Shown here piece by piece: positions 1 to 9,159 of a stretch of 64,000 nt of DNA. The position numbers and the translations under genes were made by a program. Within the stretch, counting starts at the first letter, position 1, and the number at the start of each line of letters is the position of its first letter. The stretch is from Verrucomicrobiota bacterium (GTDB lineage: Bacteria; Verrucomicrobiota; Verrucomicrobiia; Verrucomicrobiales; JBCCJK01). The stretch lies in NCBI GenBank assembly GCA_039027815.1, contig JBCCJK010000009.1, positions 9,724-73,723 on the forward strand. Direction: 5' to 3'. The notes under the pieces are model-generated. The model saw nothing but the letters and a program-made list of their open reading frames with translations. It searched no databases and was not told the origin of the DNA.

Positions 1-674
1 TTCGGCCAGACCACCCGGACCGGCATGCCTTTCTTCCAACAGGCCACCCAGAGCACCGCCAGTTGAGCAAAGCCAGCCACAAAGACACACCAGACCGCCA
101 CGTAGCCAGCCTCAATCGGGCTTTGGGAAAAGCCCAAAAGGGGCACCACCACTCCCAAGCCCGTCAGAAAGACGAGATTCAGCAAGACGGGGGCCAAAGC
201 CGGCATGGCGTAGACCCGCAGGGTATTCAGGACCCCGCTGAGATGGGCGGCCAAAGCCATGCAGAGAAGATAGGAGAAGGCAATCCGGCCGTAGGCCACG
301 GCCAAGGCCATGGTTTCGGGTCGCTCGCGAAAGCCTTGGGTGAAGATCGCCATGATCCACTCCATCCCTGGCAGAGCCAGGGCGGTCCCCACCAGCAAGA
401 CCCCGCCCAGGTAAGTGAAACTGCGGCTGGCGAAAAGCTCTGCCTCCCCCGCTCCTTTCTCTTCCAATTCCCGGCCAAAGAGCGGGACGAAAGCGGCACT
501 GAAGGCTCCTTCCCCAAAAATCCGGCGGAACATATTGGGGAAACGAAAGGCCGCCACGAAGGCATCGGCCGCCATCTTGGTTCCCAGGAAATTGGCCAGG
601 AAAATGTCCCGGACAAAACCGAGCACCCGGCTCATGGCGGTGAACCCGCTCACAGTGGCCAAAGAACGTAGCAT
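1..674 (-). CDS. murJ: Lipid II flippase MurJ/MviN, N-terminal part (gene runs off the window start)
   Basis: Own translation of the minus strand from the ATG at 674-672 gives MLRSLATVSGFTAMSRVLGFVRDIFLANFLGTKMAADAFVAAFRFPNMFRRIFGEGAFSAAFVPLF..., the canonical MurJ N-terminus. The frame is open to position 1, so it is not in the ORF track. Confidence 0.85.
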   Translation of the reverse strand, partial: MLRSLATVSGFTAMSRVLGFVRDIFLANFLGTKMAADAFVAAFRFPNMFRRIFGEGAFSAAFVPLFGRELEEKGAGEAELFASRSFTYLGGVLLVGTALALPGMEWIMAIFTQGFRERPETMALAVAYGRIAFSYLLCMALAAHLSGVLNTLRVYAMPALAPVLLNLVFLTGLGVVVPLLGFSQSPIEAGYVAVWCVFVAGFAQLAVLWVACWKKGMPVRVVWP

Positions 675-678
675 GGCT

Positions 679-1740
679 TCAGTGGTTGAGGGAGGCCCTT
701 CGCAGCCGGTCCATCATGGCCACCCCCAAGCCCTTCTCCACGATCGGCTCGGCGATGATTTCATCCAGGCCCGCGGCATCCAACTGCCGCAGCACGAAAA
801 AGAAGCGCACCGCGGCCTCCGCCAGCTTGCCAACCGTCGGGCTCAGCTCCGAAACGAGCGCCCAATCGGTCTTGTCCAGCAGGCCTGCCTTGGGATCCCC
901 TTTGTAGCTGAGGAGTCCATAGCGTTTACCTGGCTCCGGCTGGAACTCCTCCGGGGTCTCTACCAAGCGGAGCGGGGTCCGGGGAGCGTAGTGGCTAGCC
1001 AACTGCCCAGGTGCGAGGGCGGCTTCCCCGGAACCGGACCGCTTTCGGGGCAGCTCCACCTTGCAGAAGCGCTTCAGGTCTTCGGGCGTGACGGGTCCCG
1101 CCCGGAGAATTCGGGCGAGCGGCTTGGTCTTGGGGCCGGGCTCGAGCTGGATGATGGTGGACTCGAGCCCATGGGAACAAGCACCCGCATCCAAAATGAG
1201 CGGGAGACGTCCCCCCAGTTCCTCCAGGACATGGGGAGCGCTCGTGGGGCTGATTCTTCCGAAGCGATTGGCGCTGGGAGCAGCAATCGGGCGACCCAGT
1301 TCCTTGAGCACCCGCCGCATGACCGGATGGGAGGGCGCTCGGACCGCCACCGTGGGCAAGCCCGCTGTCACGAGATCGGGAATGATCGGCTTCTTGGGCA
1401 AGAGAAAGGTCAGGGGCCCGGGCCAGAATTCCGAGAGCAAGAGGACCAAGGCTTCCTCGACCTCGGGCGGGACCTCGGCCACCTCCCGCAGCTGAGCCTC
1501 ATGGCGCACGTGCACGATGAGCGGGTCAAAGGTCGGCCGTTCTTTGACCGCGAAGACTTGGGCCACGGCCTCCTGGTTGAGCGCGTCGGCCGCCAGTCCG
1601 TAGACGGTCTCGGTGGGAAGAGCCACCAATTCTCCGGCCGCCAAGAGCCCGGCTGCCCGAGCCGCCAGCAGCCCGTAGTTCTCTCCCTCTGGATCGATGG
1701 CCGCGACCTCGGTCTTGCTGCTTTCAGGATTCTCCACCAT
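679..1740 (-). CDS. L-threonylcarbamoyladenylate synthase (Sua5/YwlC type, long form)
   Basis: 353-aa ORF with the motifs LPTETVYGLAAD, PLIVHV, SANRFGRISPT and a C-terminal Sua5 domain. Its stop lies 4 nt upstream of the murJ start. Confidence 0.85.
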   Translation of the reverse strand: MVENPESSKTEVAAIDPEGENYGLLAARAAGLLAAGELVALPTETVYGLAADALNQEAVAQVFAVKERPTFDPLIVHVRHEAQLREVAEVPPEVEEALVLLLSEFWPGPLTFLLPKKPIIPDLVTAGLPTVAVRAPSHPVMRRVLKELGRPIAAPSANRFGRISPTSAPHVLEELGGRLPLILDAGACSHGLESTIIQLEPGPKTKPLARILRAGPVTPEDLKRFCKVELPRKRSGSGEAALAPGQLASHYAPRTPLRLVETPEEFQPEPGKRYGLLSYKGDPKAGLLDKTDWALVSELSPTVGKLAEAAVRFFFVLRQLDAAGLDEIIAEPIVEKGLGVAMMDRLRRASLNH

Positions 1741-1758
1741 GGGCTAGTCTCAACGAAC

Positions 1759-2319
1759 GTGGCTCTTAAACCAACAACGCCTCCGGTCCAAGGAAAACCC
1801 CATCTCATCCTGATCGGATTCATGGGCTGCGGCAAGACCACCCTCGGCAAACGAGTGGCCGAGACCCTCGGCTGGCCTTTTCTCGATACCGATGCCCTCC
1901 TGACGGCCGAGACCGGGCAATCCATCCCGGAGATCTTCCGGGAGCGAGGCGAAGCGGCTTTTCGCGATTTGGAAGAAGGGGTCTTGGCCGGTCTGCGGGA
2001 TCGACCGGCCAGCGTCATCTCGACCGGGGGCGGCCTGGTGATCCGGGAAAGCAATCGTTCCCTTCTCCGGCAAATCGGCTATGTTGTCTGGCTCACCACC
2101 CATCCGGAAATCCTTTGGCAACGCGTCTCCCGTAATCAAAATCGTCCCCTGGTGCAGGGACCGGACGGACGCCAGCGGTTCGACGAACTCCTGGCCACCC
2201 GGCGCCCCCTCTATCATGAAGCCGCTGATCTTGCCATCGACACTGCCGAGCTCTCCCCCGAGGAGACGGTTGCCGGAATCGTCGCGAGCGCGGAATACCA
2301 CTTCGCCAGCCGAGCTTGA
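1759..2319 (+). CDS. aroK: Shikimate kinase
   Basis: This is the C-terminal part of track ORF 415..2319. It has the P-loop LILIGFMGCGKTTLGK, then DTD and STGGG. The GTG at 1759 is the only plausible in-frame start before the P-loop; the upstream part of the track ORF is antisense to sua5. Confidence 0.85.
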   Translation: MALKPTTPPVQGKPHLILIGFMGCGKTTLGKRVAETLGWPFLDTDALLTAETGQSIPEIFRERGEAAFRDLEEGVLAGLRDRPASVISTGGGLVIRESNRSLLRQIGYVVWLTTHPEILWQRVSRNQNRPLVQGPDGRQRFDELLATRRPLYHEAADLAIDTAELSPEETVAGIVASAEYHFASRA

Positions 2320-3400
2320 CCCCAAGGAACGGGTCCGCGAGTTGGCCCAAGCGCACGGCTTCGATGAATGCCGCATCGCCCGGGCCGCTCCCGCAGCCCA
2401 TGCCGAGGCCTACCAAGAGTGGCTTGCGGAAGGTCGGCACGGGGACCTCGACTGGATGGCCCGCGACCCCAAGCGGCGGAGTGACCCTCGTCTCGTCTTT
2501 CCAGCCGCCAAAAGCGTCATCGTCCTGGCCACCAATTACTTCCAAGGCCGCGCTCCCAATCCCGAGTTCAAAATCGCCCGCTACGCCTGGGGGGATGACT
2601 ACCATGATCTCGTGAAAAAGCGGCTCAAAGCCATGGCCCGGGACCTCGAGTCTCTCGGCGGCCAGCAGCGGGTCTATTGTGACACCGGGCCCATCCTCGA
2701 GCGGGACTTCGCGAACGAAGCCGGTCTCGGCTGGAGCGGCAAATCCACTCTCCAACTGCACCGCCGCCTCGGCACATGGTTCTTCCTCTCGGAAATCCTG
2801 ACCTCCCTGGAGCTGGCCCCCGACTCGCCCGAGCGAAACAAATGCGGCAAGTGCACCGCCTGCATCACGGCTTGTCCCACCGGCGCCATCACTGAGCCTC
2901 ACAAGTTGGATGCACGCCGTTGTCTCAGCTACTTCACCATCGAGCACAAGGGCCCGATTCCGGAGGAATTTCGCCGGGCCATGGGCGACCGCATTTACGG
3001 CTGCGATGACTGCCTGACCGCCTGCCCTTGGAATCGCTTTGCCCAAGCCAGTCGGGAGGCCTCCTTGCAAGCTCGCGAATATGTTCACGATTGGAAGCTG
3101 CGAGACTTCTTGGCCCTGAGCGATGCCGAATTCCGAACCCTCTTCCGCAAGAGCCCGATCAAACGGACCAAGCGCTCCCGCTTTCTTCGCAACGTCTGCG
3201 TGGCCCTCGGGAACACCGGCCGCGCCCAAGATCTCCCCGCCTTGGAACGGGCTGCAGCCGAGCCCGATCCACTGATCGCCGAACACGCTCGCTGGGCCAT
3301 CCAGGAAATCCAGAACCGTTGCTCGGACTCCTCTTCTCATACCAAGCTCCAGAATTCACTGGAAGAATGGAGGGAAGGCGGAGTGGAGAAGAGGCGCTGA
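2270..3400 (+). CDS. queG: Epoxyqueuosine reductase QueG
   Basis: Shows DLDWMARDP, two 4Fe-4S motifs (CGKCTACITACPTGA and YGCDDCLTACPWN) and C-terminal HEAT-like repeats. The start is uncertain: TTG at 2270 or ATG at 2216, both overlapping the aroK 3' end. The last ~20 codons are encoded by repeat copy A. Confidence 0.85.
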   Translation: MPESSRARNTTSPAELDPKERVRELAQAHGFDECRIARAAPAAHAEAYQEWLAEGRHGDLDWMARDPKRRSDPRLVFPAAKSVIVLATNYFQGRAPNPEFKIARYAWGDDYHDLVKKRLKAMARDLESLGGQQRVYCDTGPILERDFANEAGLGWSGKSTLQLHRRLGTWFFLSEILTSLELAPDSPERNKCGKCTACITACPTGAITEPHKLDARRCLSYFTIEHKGPIPEEFRRAMGDRIYGCDDCLTACPWNRFAQASREASLQAREYVHDWKLRDFLALSDAEFRTLFRKSPIKRTKRSRFLRNVCVALGNTGRAQDLPALERAAAEPDPLIAEHARWAIQEIQNRCSDSSSHTKLQNSLEEWREGGVEKRR

Positions 3401-3544
3401 AGCGCGGGGAAGGGAGAGCCGGTGTCTTTCGAGCCAGCCCTGCGTTGCTCCTCGGTTACGGTACCTGCACCGCGCCCTCGTCGCGCCTTGGTCTGGCCCG
3501 AAATCCACTCGGCCATTCTACCAGCCAATTCTCCAGCTTGGTAT
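3339..3544 (-). repeat. Copy A of the ~206-nt TIR-bounded repeat family (inverted relative to copies B-D)
   Basis: The reverse complement aligns end to end with 50628-50833 and 53545-53750, with about 10 differences by eye. Termini are ATACCAAGCT...AGCTTGGTAT. Confidence 0.9.
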
Positions 3545-4377
3545 TAGACCAGCTGTTCTGGATCGGGCTCGATCATGGGCTCGGGCTCGGGCACGCCCGT
3601 GGGGCGGGTCATGCGGCGGGGACGCGGGGTCAGGATTTCGGGCGCGTCTTTGCCGACCAGCACCATGTGCTCGAAGTGGGCCGAGGGCCGGCGGTCGAGC
3701 GTCTCGACCGTCCAGTTGTCGTCCAACATGCGGACCCCGGCCGTCCCCATGTTGACCATGGGTTCGATTGCCAAAACCATCCCTTCCTTGAGGCGCGGTC
3801 CGGTTCCCGGGGTCCCGTAGTTGGGGACTTGCGGCTCTTCGTGCAAACGACGGCCCACCCCATGGCCCACAAACTCACGCACCACGGTGTAGCCATATTG
3901 CTGCACCAAATGCTCGACCGAAGCGCAGAGATCTCCCAGCCGGAAGCCTTCGCGGGCGTACTCAATGGCTGCGTAGAGGGACTCCTCGGTCGCCCAGAGG
4001 AGCTTCTCCGTTTCGGCGTCGATCTCCCCCACGATGACGGTGACCGCGTTGTCACCGATCCAGCCATTGTGGATGATCCCGACGTCGATTTTCACGATGT
4101 CCCCCGGCTGGATTCTCCGCTTGCCTCCAATCCCATGGACCACCTCTTCATTGAGAGAAATGCAGACCTGTCCGGGAAAGCCGCGGTAGCCATAAAAGGC
4201 GCTTTTGCAGCCGGCTTCATTCATGAACTGGAGGGCCGCGTCATCGACCTCCTGGGTGGTCCGGCCCGGCTGGATTTCCTGGGCGACTCGGCGGAGAATC
4301 TCCGCCCCCAAGCGACCGGAAGCACGCACGTGCTCGATCTGCCGACCTCGCTTGATGGGTATTTTCTCTTTTTTCAT
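3544..4377 (-). CDS. map: Methionine aminopeptidase, type I
   Basis: 277-aa ORF with VVHGIGG, DIVKIDVG, FVGHGVG and LAIEPM metal-ligand motifs. It overlaps adk by 4 nt. Confidence 0.92.
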   Translation of the reverse strand: MKKEKIPIKRGRQIEHVRASGRLGAEILRRVAQEIQPGRTTQEVDDAALQFMNEAGCKSAFYGYRGFPGQVCISLNEEVVHGIGGKRRIQPGDIVKIDVGIIHNGWIGDNAVTVIVGEIDAETEKLLWATEESLYAAIEYAREGFRLGDLCASVEHLVQQYGYTVVREFVGHGVGRRLHEEPQVPNYGTPGTGPRLKEGMVLAIEPMVNMGTAGVRMLDDNWTVETLDRRPSAHFEHMVLVGKDAPEILTPRPRRMTRPTGVPEPEPMIEPDPEQLV

Positions 4378-5039
4378 GCCGTCTCGCTGGCCGCGGCCAA
4401 CACTTCCCGAAGCTGGGCAAAGACCTCGTCTGCTTCCCGCGCTCCCGCAAGCACTCGCAAAAGCCCTCGCTCACGATAAAAGCCGATCAGCGGTCTGGTC
4501 TTCTCTCGGTATTCGCCCAAGCGCCGCTCCAGGGTTTCCCGGGTGTCATCTTTTCTGCGGAGCAAGCGCCCGCCACAACCTGGCCGAGGGCAGGGGCCTC
4601 CTTCAGCGATCGGGTTTTTCTTTTCAGAGAAACTCCTCCCACAGCCCGGGCAACCCACTCGATGGAGGACGCGATCGAGCAAGACCTCCTCCTCGACATC
4701 GAGGTGGAAGACGTGATCGAGCGGCTGGCCAGACTCTTCCAAAAGCCCCTCCAAGGCCTCGGCCTGCGGGAGGGTCCGGGGGAAGCCATCCAAGACAAAG
4801 CCGTCCGGCAGCTGGGCCAAGCGGGCCGCGATCATCTCCCGAACCAAGTCATCCGCCAAGAAGGCCCCGGCCTCGATTCCGGCCTGCGTCGCTCGCCCGA
4901 TCTCACTTTGGCGCCGGATCTCTTCCCGGATGAGTTCTCCGGTCGAGACGGTGGGCAAATCGAAGTGCTCCTTGAGAAACTGCGCTTGGGTGCCCTTCCC
5001 GGAAGCGGGCGGGCCCAAGAGAATGACACGCACCTTCAC
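4374..5039 (-). CDS. adk: Adenylate kinase (zinc-lid form)
   Basis: P-loop GPPASGKGTQ, the DGFPRT motif, and a CPGC...CPRPGC lid. Confidence 0.93.
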   Translation of the reverse strand: MKVRVILLGPPASGKGTQAQFLKEHFDLPTVSTGELIREEIRRQSEIGRATQAGIEAGAFLADDLVREMIAARLAQLPDGFVLDGFPRTLPQAEALEGLLEESGQPLDHVFHLDVEEEVLLDRVLHRVGCPGCGRSFSEKKNPIAEGGPCPRPGCGGRLLRRKDDTRETLERRLGEYREKTRPLIGFYRERGLLRVLAGAREADEVFAQLREVLAAASETA

Positions 5040-5059
5040 TGGAGGGGGAGAAGAAGGCC

Positions 5060-6565
5060 TCAGTTGGCGAGGTAGGCCACCATCCCAAAAATCGAGAGAA
5101 TGGCGATCGTGACCCAGAGCGTGATGAGGGTGCGGGAGCTGGCCGCTTGTCCCGAGGCCTGCTTCCGTTCGAAGCGGCCCCGAATCTTGCCCTTGCGCAG
5201 GAAGCCATCGTAATTTTTCTGCAAGAGGTGGGTCTCGATCTGACGCATGATGTCGAGCACCACCCCCACCAGAATCAAGATGCTGGTGCCCCCGAAGAGC
5301 TGGCCCGCGAGGTAGGGCACGCCCATGACGTAATTGAGGGCGGCCGGGAGCGCATAAATCAGGGTCAGGAAGAGGGCTCCGGCGAAGGTCAAGCGCCCCA
5401 TGGTGAAGTCGAGGAAATCAGCGGTCGGCTTGCCAGGACGAACTCCCGGGATGTAGCCGCCATTCTTTTTGAGATCGTCGGCGATCTGGGTCGGCTGGAA
5501 CATGGTGGCGACCCAGAAGTAGCTGAAGAAGAAGATCAAGAGCGCCGAGACCACATAGTAGACCCAAGAGGCGGGGCTGAGGTGGAATTGCAGGCTTTGC
5601 GTCCAATCGGCGTTCCGCGCCACCATCCCCAAAATCTGGGCCGGGAAGACCACAATGGCTTGGGCGAAGATGATCGGCATGACCCCGGAGTAGTTCACCT
5701 TGAGGGGCATGTATTGGGTCTGGCCCCCGTAGACCTTCCGGCCCACCACCCGCTTGGCATACTGGATGGTGATCCGCCGCTGGGCTTCGGTGATGGCGAT
5801 GACTGCCGCCACCACCGCCACCAGGAAGACGATCAAGAGGACCAGGAGGGCGGGGTCGAAGGGGTTGAATTCCATGCCCTCGGCCGGTTTCAGGTAGGTA
5901 TTCCAGAGGATGACGAGAGCCCCCGGGAGGGCCGAGATGATATTGATGGCGATGATGAGGGAGATCCCATTGCCGATCCCGCGTTCGGTGACCTGTTCCC
6001 CTAACCACATCAAAAGCATGGTCCCGCCCACGATGGTGGTCACGGCTACCAGGTAGAACCAAAAGTCCGGGTCGGGGACCAAGGGCCCGAACTCTTCCAC
6101 GCTGTAGCCTGAAAGGAAGGGGTTGGTGGAGGGGTTTTCCAGAGACCGCACCAGCATGAAGCCTTGAAAGAGGGCCAGGATGATGGTGACGATGCGGGTG
6201 TACTGCGTGATTTTCTGACGCCCTCCGTCCTCCCGGGAGAGCTTGCCGAGCTGCGGAATGACGGCAGTGCCCAGCTGTAGCATGATCGACGCGCTGATGT
6301 AGGGCATGATCCCGAGCGCGAAGATGGCGCAGTTCTGGAGACCGCCCCCGCTGAACATCGTGAGAAGCGCGTTGATGGCGGCCGCCCCACTAGTGGCATT
6401 CTGTGCCTCGAGGGAGGCATCCACGTATTTTTGAAGGTTGATGGAATCGACGCCCGGCAGGGTGACGGCTGCGCCCAAGCGCACCACCACGATGATGGCC
6501 AGGGTGAAGAAGATGCGTTGCCGAAGCTCGGGAACCTTGAGGCAGTTAGCGAAAGCGGAGATCAT
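5060..6565 (-). CDS. secY: Preprotein translocase subunit SecY with a ~37-aa C-terminal extension
   Basis: 501-aa polytopic membrane protein with GIMPYISASI and WLGEQVTERGIGNGISLII. It sits in the conserved position after rplO. Confidence 0.93.
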   Translation of the reverse strand: MISAFANCLKVPELRQRIFFTLAIIVVVRLGAAVTLPGVDSINLQKYVDASLEAQNATSGAAAINALLTMFSGGGLQNCAIFALGIMPYISASIMLQLGTAVIPQLGKLSREDGGRQKITQYTRIVTIILALFQGFMLVRSLENPSTNPFLSGYSVEEFGPLVPDPDFWFYLVAVTTIVGGTMLLMWLGEQVTERGIGNGISLIIAINIISALPGALVILWNTYLKPAEGMEFNPFDPALLVLLIVFLVAVVAAVIAITEAQRRITIQYAKRVVGRKVYGGQTQYMPLKVNYSGVMPIIFAQAIVVFPAQILGMVARNADWTQSLQFHLSPASWVYYVVSALLIFFFSYFWVATMFQPTQIADDLKKNGGYIPGVRPGKPTADFLDFTMGRLTFAGALFLTLIYALPAALNYVMGVPYLAGQLFGGTSILILVGVVLDIMRQIETHLLQKNYDGFLRKGKIRGRFERKQASGQAASSRTLITLWVTIAILSIFGMVAYLAN

Positions 6566-6618
6566 TCGAGAAGGGAATCAGCGAGGGGAGCGTGGGAATA
6601 ACACAGTTTCGCTGCTCT

Positions 6619-7089
6619 TCAAGCCTCGCCCTGGGGGGCGACCGCCGGGGCCTCGAGGGAGCCTCCCGCTTTCTCGATTTTCTCCTTGGCTCCCGCGGAA
6701 ACCTGGTCGACTGCCACCACCAGTTTCTTGGTGAGTTCGCCTTTGGCCAGGACCTTGATGCCATCGCAGACCCCACTCACCAGTTGGCAGGTGCGCAGGC
6801 TGGCTTCGTCCACCCGGGCGCCCTCGGCGAATTTGGCTTCCAGCTGGCTGAGATTCACAATGGCGATCTCCTTGCGGAAGCTGCCATTGGTGAAACCCTT
6901 GCGGGGCAGGCGGCGGTAGAGCGGCATCTGACCCCCTTCGAAGCCGGGCCGGAGCGAGCCGCCGGAACGGGATTTCTGTCCTTTGTGACCTTTCCCAGAA
7001 GTCTTGCCCAGGCCGGAGCTTTCTCCGCAGCCGAGACGTTTTTTGCGGTGCTTGGCTCCCTCGTTCGGTTGCAGATTGTGTAAGCGCAT
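6619..7089 (-). CDS. rplO: 50S ribosomal protein L15
   Basis: MRLHNLQPNEGAKHRKKRLGCG...GKGHKGQKSRSGG, in the spc-operon position. Confidence 0.93.
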   Translation of the reverse strand: MRLHNLQPNEGAKHRKKRLGCGESSGLGKTSGKGHKGQKSRSGGSLRPGFEGGQMPLYRRLPRKGFTNGSFRKEIAIVNLSQLEAKFAEGARVDEASLRTCQLVSGVCDGIKVLAKGELTKKLVVAVDQVSAGAKEKIEKAGGSLEAPAVAPQGEA

Positions 7090-7116
7090 GATGTGACGAA
7101 GTGAAATGAAGTGGAT

Positions 7117-7782
7117 TTAGATGGCCTTTTGTTCCGCCATCTTTTTGCCGCGTAGTTTGTAAACCTGCTCGCGGGTGCGGAGGGATTCGAGGGCGTTCAG
7201 GGTGGCTTTGACCACGTTGGCGTGGTTGTTCGAGCCGAGCGATTTGGCGAGGACATCACGCACGCCAGCGGCTTCCACCACGGCTCGCACGCCGCCTCCC
7301 GCGATGACGCCCGTTCCTTCAGAAGCAGGGCGGAGGAGGACCTTTCCCCCTCCGTGCACGCCAATGACTTCATGGGGAATGGTGTTGTCCTTGAGAGAGA
7401 CCGGACGGAGCTGGGTTTTGGCCGATTCGCTGGCCTTGCGGATGCAGTCGGCCACCTCATTGGCTTTGCCGAATCCATAGCCGACCTGACCTTGCTGGTC
7501 GCCGCAGACGACGAGGGCACTAAAGCTGAAACGGCGCCCGCCTTTCACGACTTTGGCGCAGCGATTGATGAAGACGACCTTTTCGGTCAGTTCGGGGCCG
7601 TCTCCCTCACCGCCGGGCGCATCCCGTCGGTCGCGGGGACCGCGGTCACGTCGATCCGAGCGGGGACGATCTCCTCTCTCTTCCTTGGACTCGACCGGCT
7701 TGGGGCCTTCGGCGGCGGAAGCGTCTTCGACCGAGATTTTCTCGGGGACTTCTTCCGGTTGCGATTCGTTTTCAGTTACCAT
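7117..7782 (-). CDS. rpsE: 30S ribosomal protein S5 with a long charged N-terminal extension
   Basis: Core sequence [29 protein letters not shown]...[13 protein letters not shown], preceded by about 60 aa of E/D/R-rich low-complexity sequence. Confidence 0.92.
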   Translation of the reverse strand: MVTENESQPEEVPEKISVEDASAAEGPKPVESKEERGDRPRSDRRDRGPRDRRDAPGGEGDGPELTEKVVFINRCAKVVKGGRRFSFSALVVCGDQQGQVGYGFGKANEVADCIRKASESAKTQLRPVSLKDNTIPHEVIGVHGGGKVLLRPASEGTGVIAGGGVRAVVEAAGVRDVLAKSLGSNNHANVVKATLNALESLRTREQVYKLRGKKMAEQKAI

Positions 7783-7787
7783 GGTGA

Positions 7788-8144
7788 TCAGAATTGGAGT
7801 CCTTTTTCGCGGGCGGCGTCGGCCAGCGCCTTGACTTTGCCGTGGTAGAGAAAGCCGCCTCGATCGAAGACGACGCCTTCGACCCCGGCTTTCTTGGAAC
7901 GCTCCGCGATGAGCGCGCCGATTTTGGAGGCGGTGGCGACGTTCGCTTTGCCCTCCTGGCCCTTTTCCATGGTGGAGGCGGCGGCCAAGGTCTTGGCGGC
8001 CACGTCGTCGATGAGTTGGGCGGAGATGTGCTGGTTGGAGAAGTGGACAGCCAGGCGTGGGCGTTCCGCGGTGCCTGAGACCTTGCGGCGGATTCGGAAA
8101 TGGATCCGGTTACGGACCTTCTTGCGGTGGAGGGTGGTGGCCAT
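7788..8144 (-). CDS. rplR: 50S ribosomal protein L18
   Basis: [20 protein letters not shown]...[27 protein letters not shown]. Confidence 0.93.
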   Translation of the reverse strand: MATTLHRKKVRNRIHFRIRRKVSGTAERPRLAVHFSNQHISAQLIDDVAAKTLAAASTMEKGQEGKANVATASKIGALIAERSKKAGVEGVVFDRGGFLYHGKVKALADAAREKGLQF

Positions 8145-8174
8145 GTCGGAGAAAGTGGGTGTGGGCTGAGGTGG

Positions 8175-8714
8175 TTACTTGACGGCCTTGCCTTGTTTGC
8201 GCTGCACGTGTTCGTCGCTATAGCGGACGCCTTTGCCTTTATAGGGCTCGGGGGGATAGAAGGCCCGGACGTCGGCCGCGAATTGGCCGACCAGTTGTTT
8301 GTCGATCCCCTCCACCTTGATTTTGGTGTTTTCGCTCACGGTCACCGTGAGGCCTTCGGGGATGTCCATGATGGTGGGGTGGGAGTAGCCGAGGATGAGG
8401 TCGAGCTGCTTGCCTTTGACGGCAGCCCGGAAACCCACTCCGTGAATTTCAAGCTCTTTGGAGAAGCCGGCCGAGACGCCTGCGATGAGGTTGCTCAGAA
8501 GGCTGCGAGTGGTGCCGTGCATGGCCTTGAAGTAGCGCTCTTCACTTTGGCGCTGGACGCTTAAGACGCCCTCCTCCTGCTCGACCGTGATTCCTTCGGG
8601 AAGCTGCCATTCGAGCGCGCCCTTGGGGCCCTCGACTTTCACGGCTCCCGAATCGGACACCGCCACGGTCACCTTCTCAGGAAGCTGAATACTTTTGTTT
8701 CCAATTCGTGACAT
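8175..8714 (-). CDS. rplF: 50S ribosomal protein L6
   Basis: MSRIGNKSIQLPEKVTV...GVGFRA...YPPEPYKGKGVRY. Confidence 0.93.
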   Translation of the reverse strand: MSRIGNKSIQLPEKVTVAVSDSGAVKVEGPKGALEWQLPEGITVEQEEGVLSVQRQSEERYFKAMHGTTRSLLSNLIAGVSAGFSKELEIHGVGFRAAVKGKQLDLILGYSHPTIMDIPEGLTVTVSENTKIKVEGIDKQLVGQFAADVRAFYPPEPYKGKGVRYSDEHVQRKQGKAVK

Positions 8715-8747
8715 GGTTTGATTTGGTTTGCGTTGGATCGGGAGGGG

Positions 8748-9149
8748 TTACCAGACGAGGGCGAGAAGCTCCCCGCCGAGCCGTTCCTTGCGGGCGCGGT
8801 GGCCGGTCATGAGCCCCCGGGAGGTGGAGAGGATGGAGATGCCGAGTCCGTTGAGCACCCGCGGAATCTCGTCCGCACCGACGAACTGCCGGAGGCCCGG
8901 CTTGCTCATGCGCTTGACGTCGGAGAAGGCGGGGGTGGCGGAGTCGCTGTATTTCACTTTGACCTTGATTTCAGGGAACTTGCCCTCGGTCACGACGTCA
9001 TACTGCCAAATATAGCCTTCCTCTTGAAGGATGCGTGCGATGTTTTCCTTCATCTTGGAATGAGGGGCCAGGAAGCTTTCCTTACCGGCGCGGCTGGCAT
9101 TTTTCAGCCGGATGAGGAAGTCGGCGATGGGATCAGAGATATTGCTCAT
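8748..9149 (-). CDS. rpsH: 30S ribosomal protein S8
   Basis: SDPIADFLIRLKNA...ILSTSRGLMT...LGGELLALVW. Confidence 0.93.
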   Translation of the reverse strand: MSNISDPIADFLIRLKNASRAGKESFLAPHSKMKENIARILQEEGYIWQYDVVTEGKFPEIKVKVKYSDSATPAFSDVKRMSKPGLRQFVGADEIPRVLNGLGISILSTSRGLMTGHRARKERLGGELLALVW

Positions 9150-9159
9150 AGCGGATGGG

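Noticed and set aside
415-2319. 634-aa plus-strand ORF spanning sua5 and aroK
   Set aside because: Only the last ~186 codons (shikimate kinase) look like real protein. The upstream part is antisense to the well-supported sua5 gene and has the R/G/P/A-rich composition of a GC-rich shadow frame.
2093-3340. 415-aa minus-strand ORF antisense to queG. Similar long shadows occur at 3028-4479, 20653-21873, 27802-29016, 34995-36338, 39163-40125, 48624-49991, 51627-53510, 55550-56962 and 57440-58609.
   Set aside because: Each overlaps a gene with clear family motifs on the other strand or in another frame. They are rich in Arg, Gly and Pro, have no recognisable motifs, and are expected by chance in stop-codon-poor GC-rich DNA.
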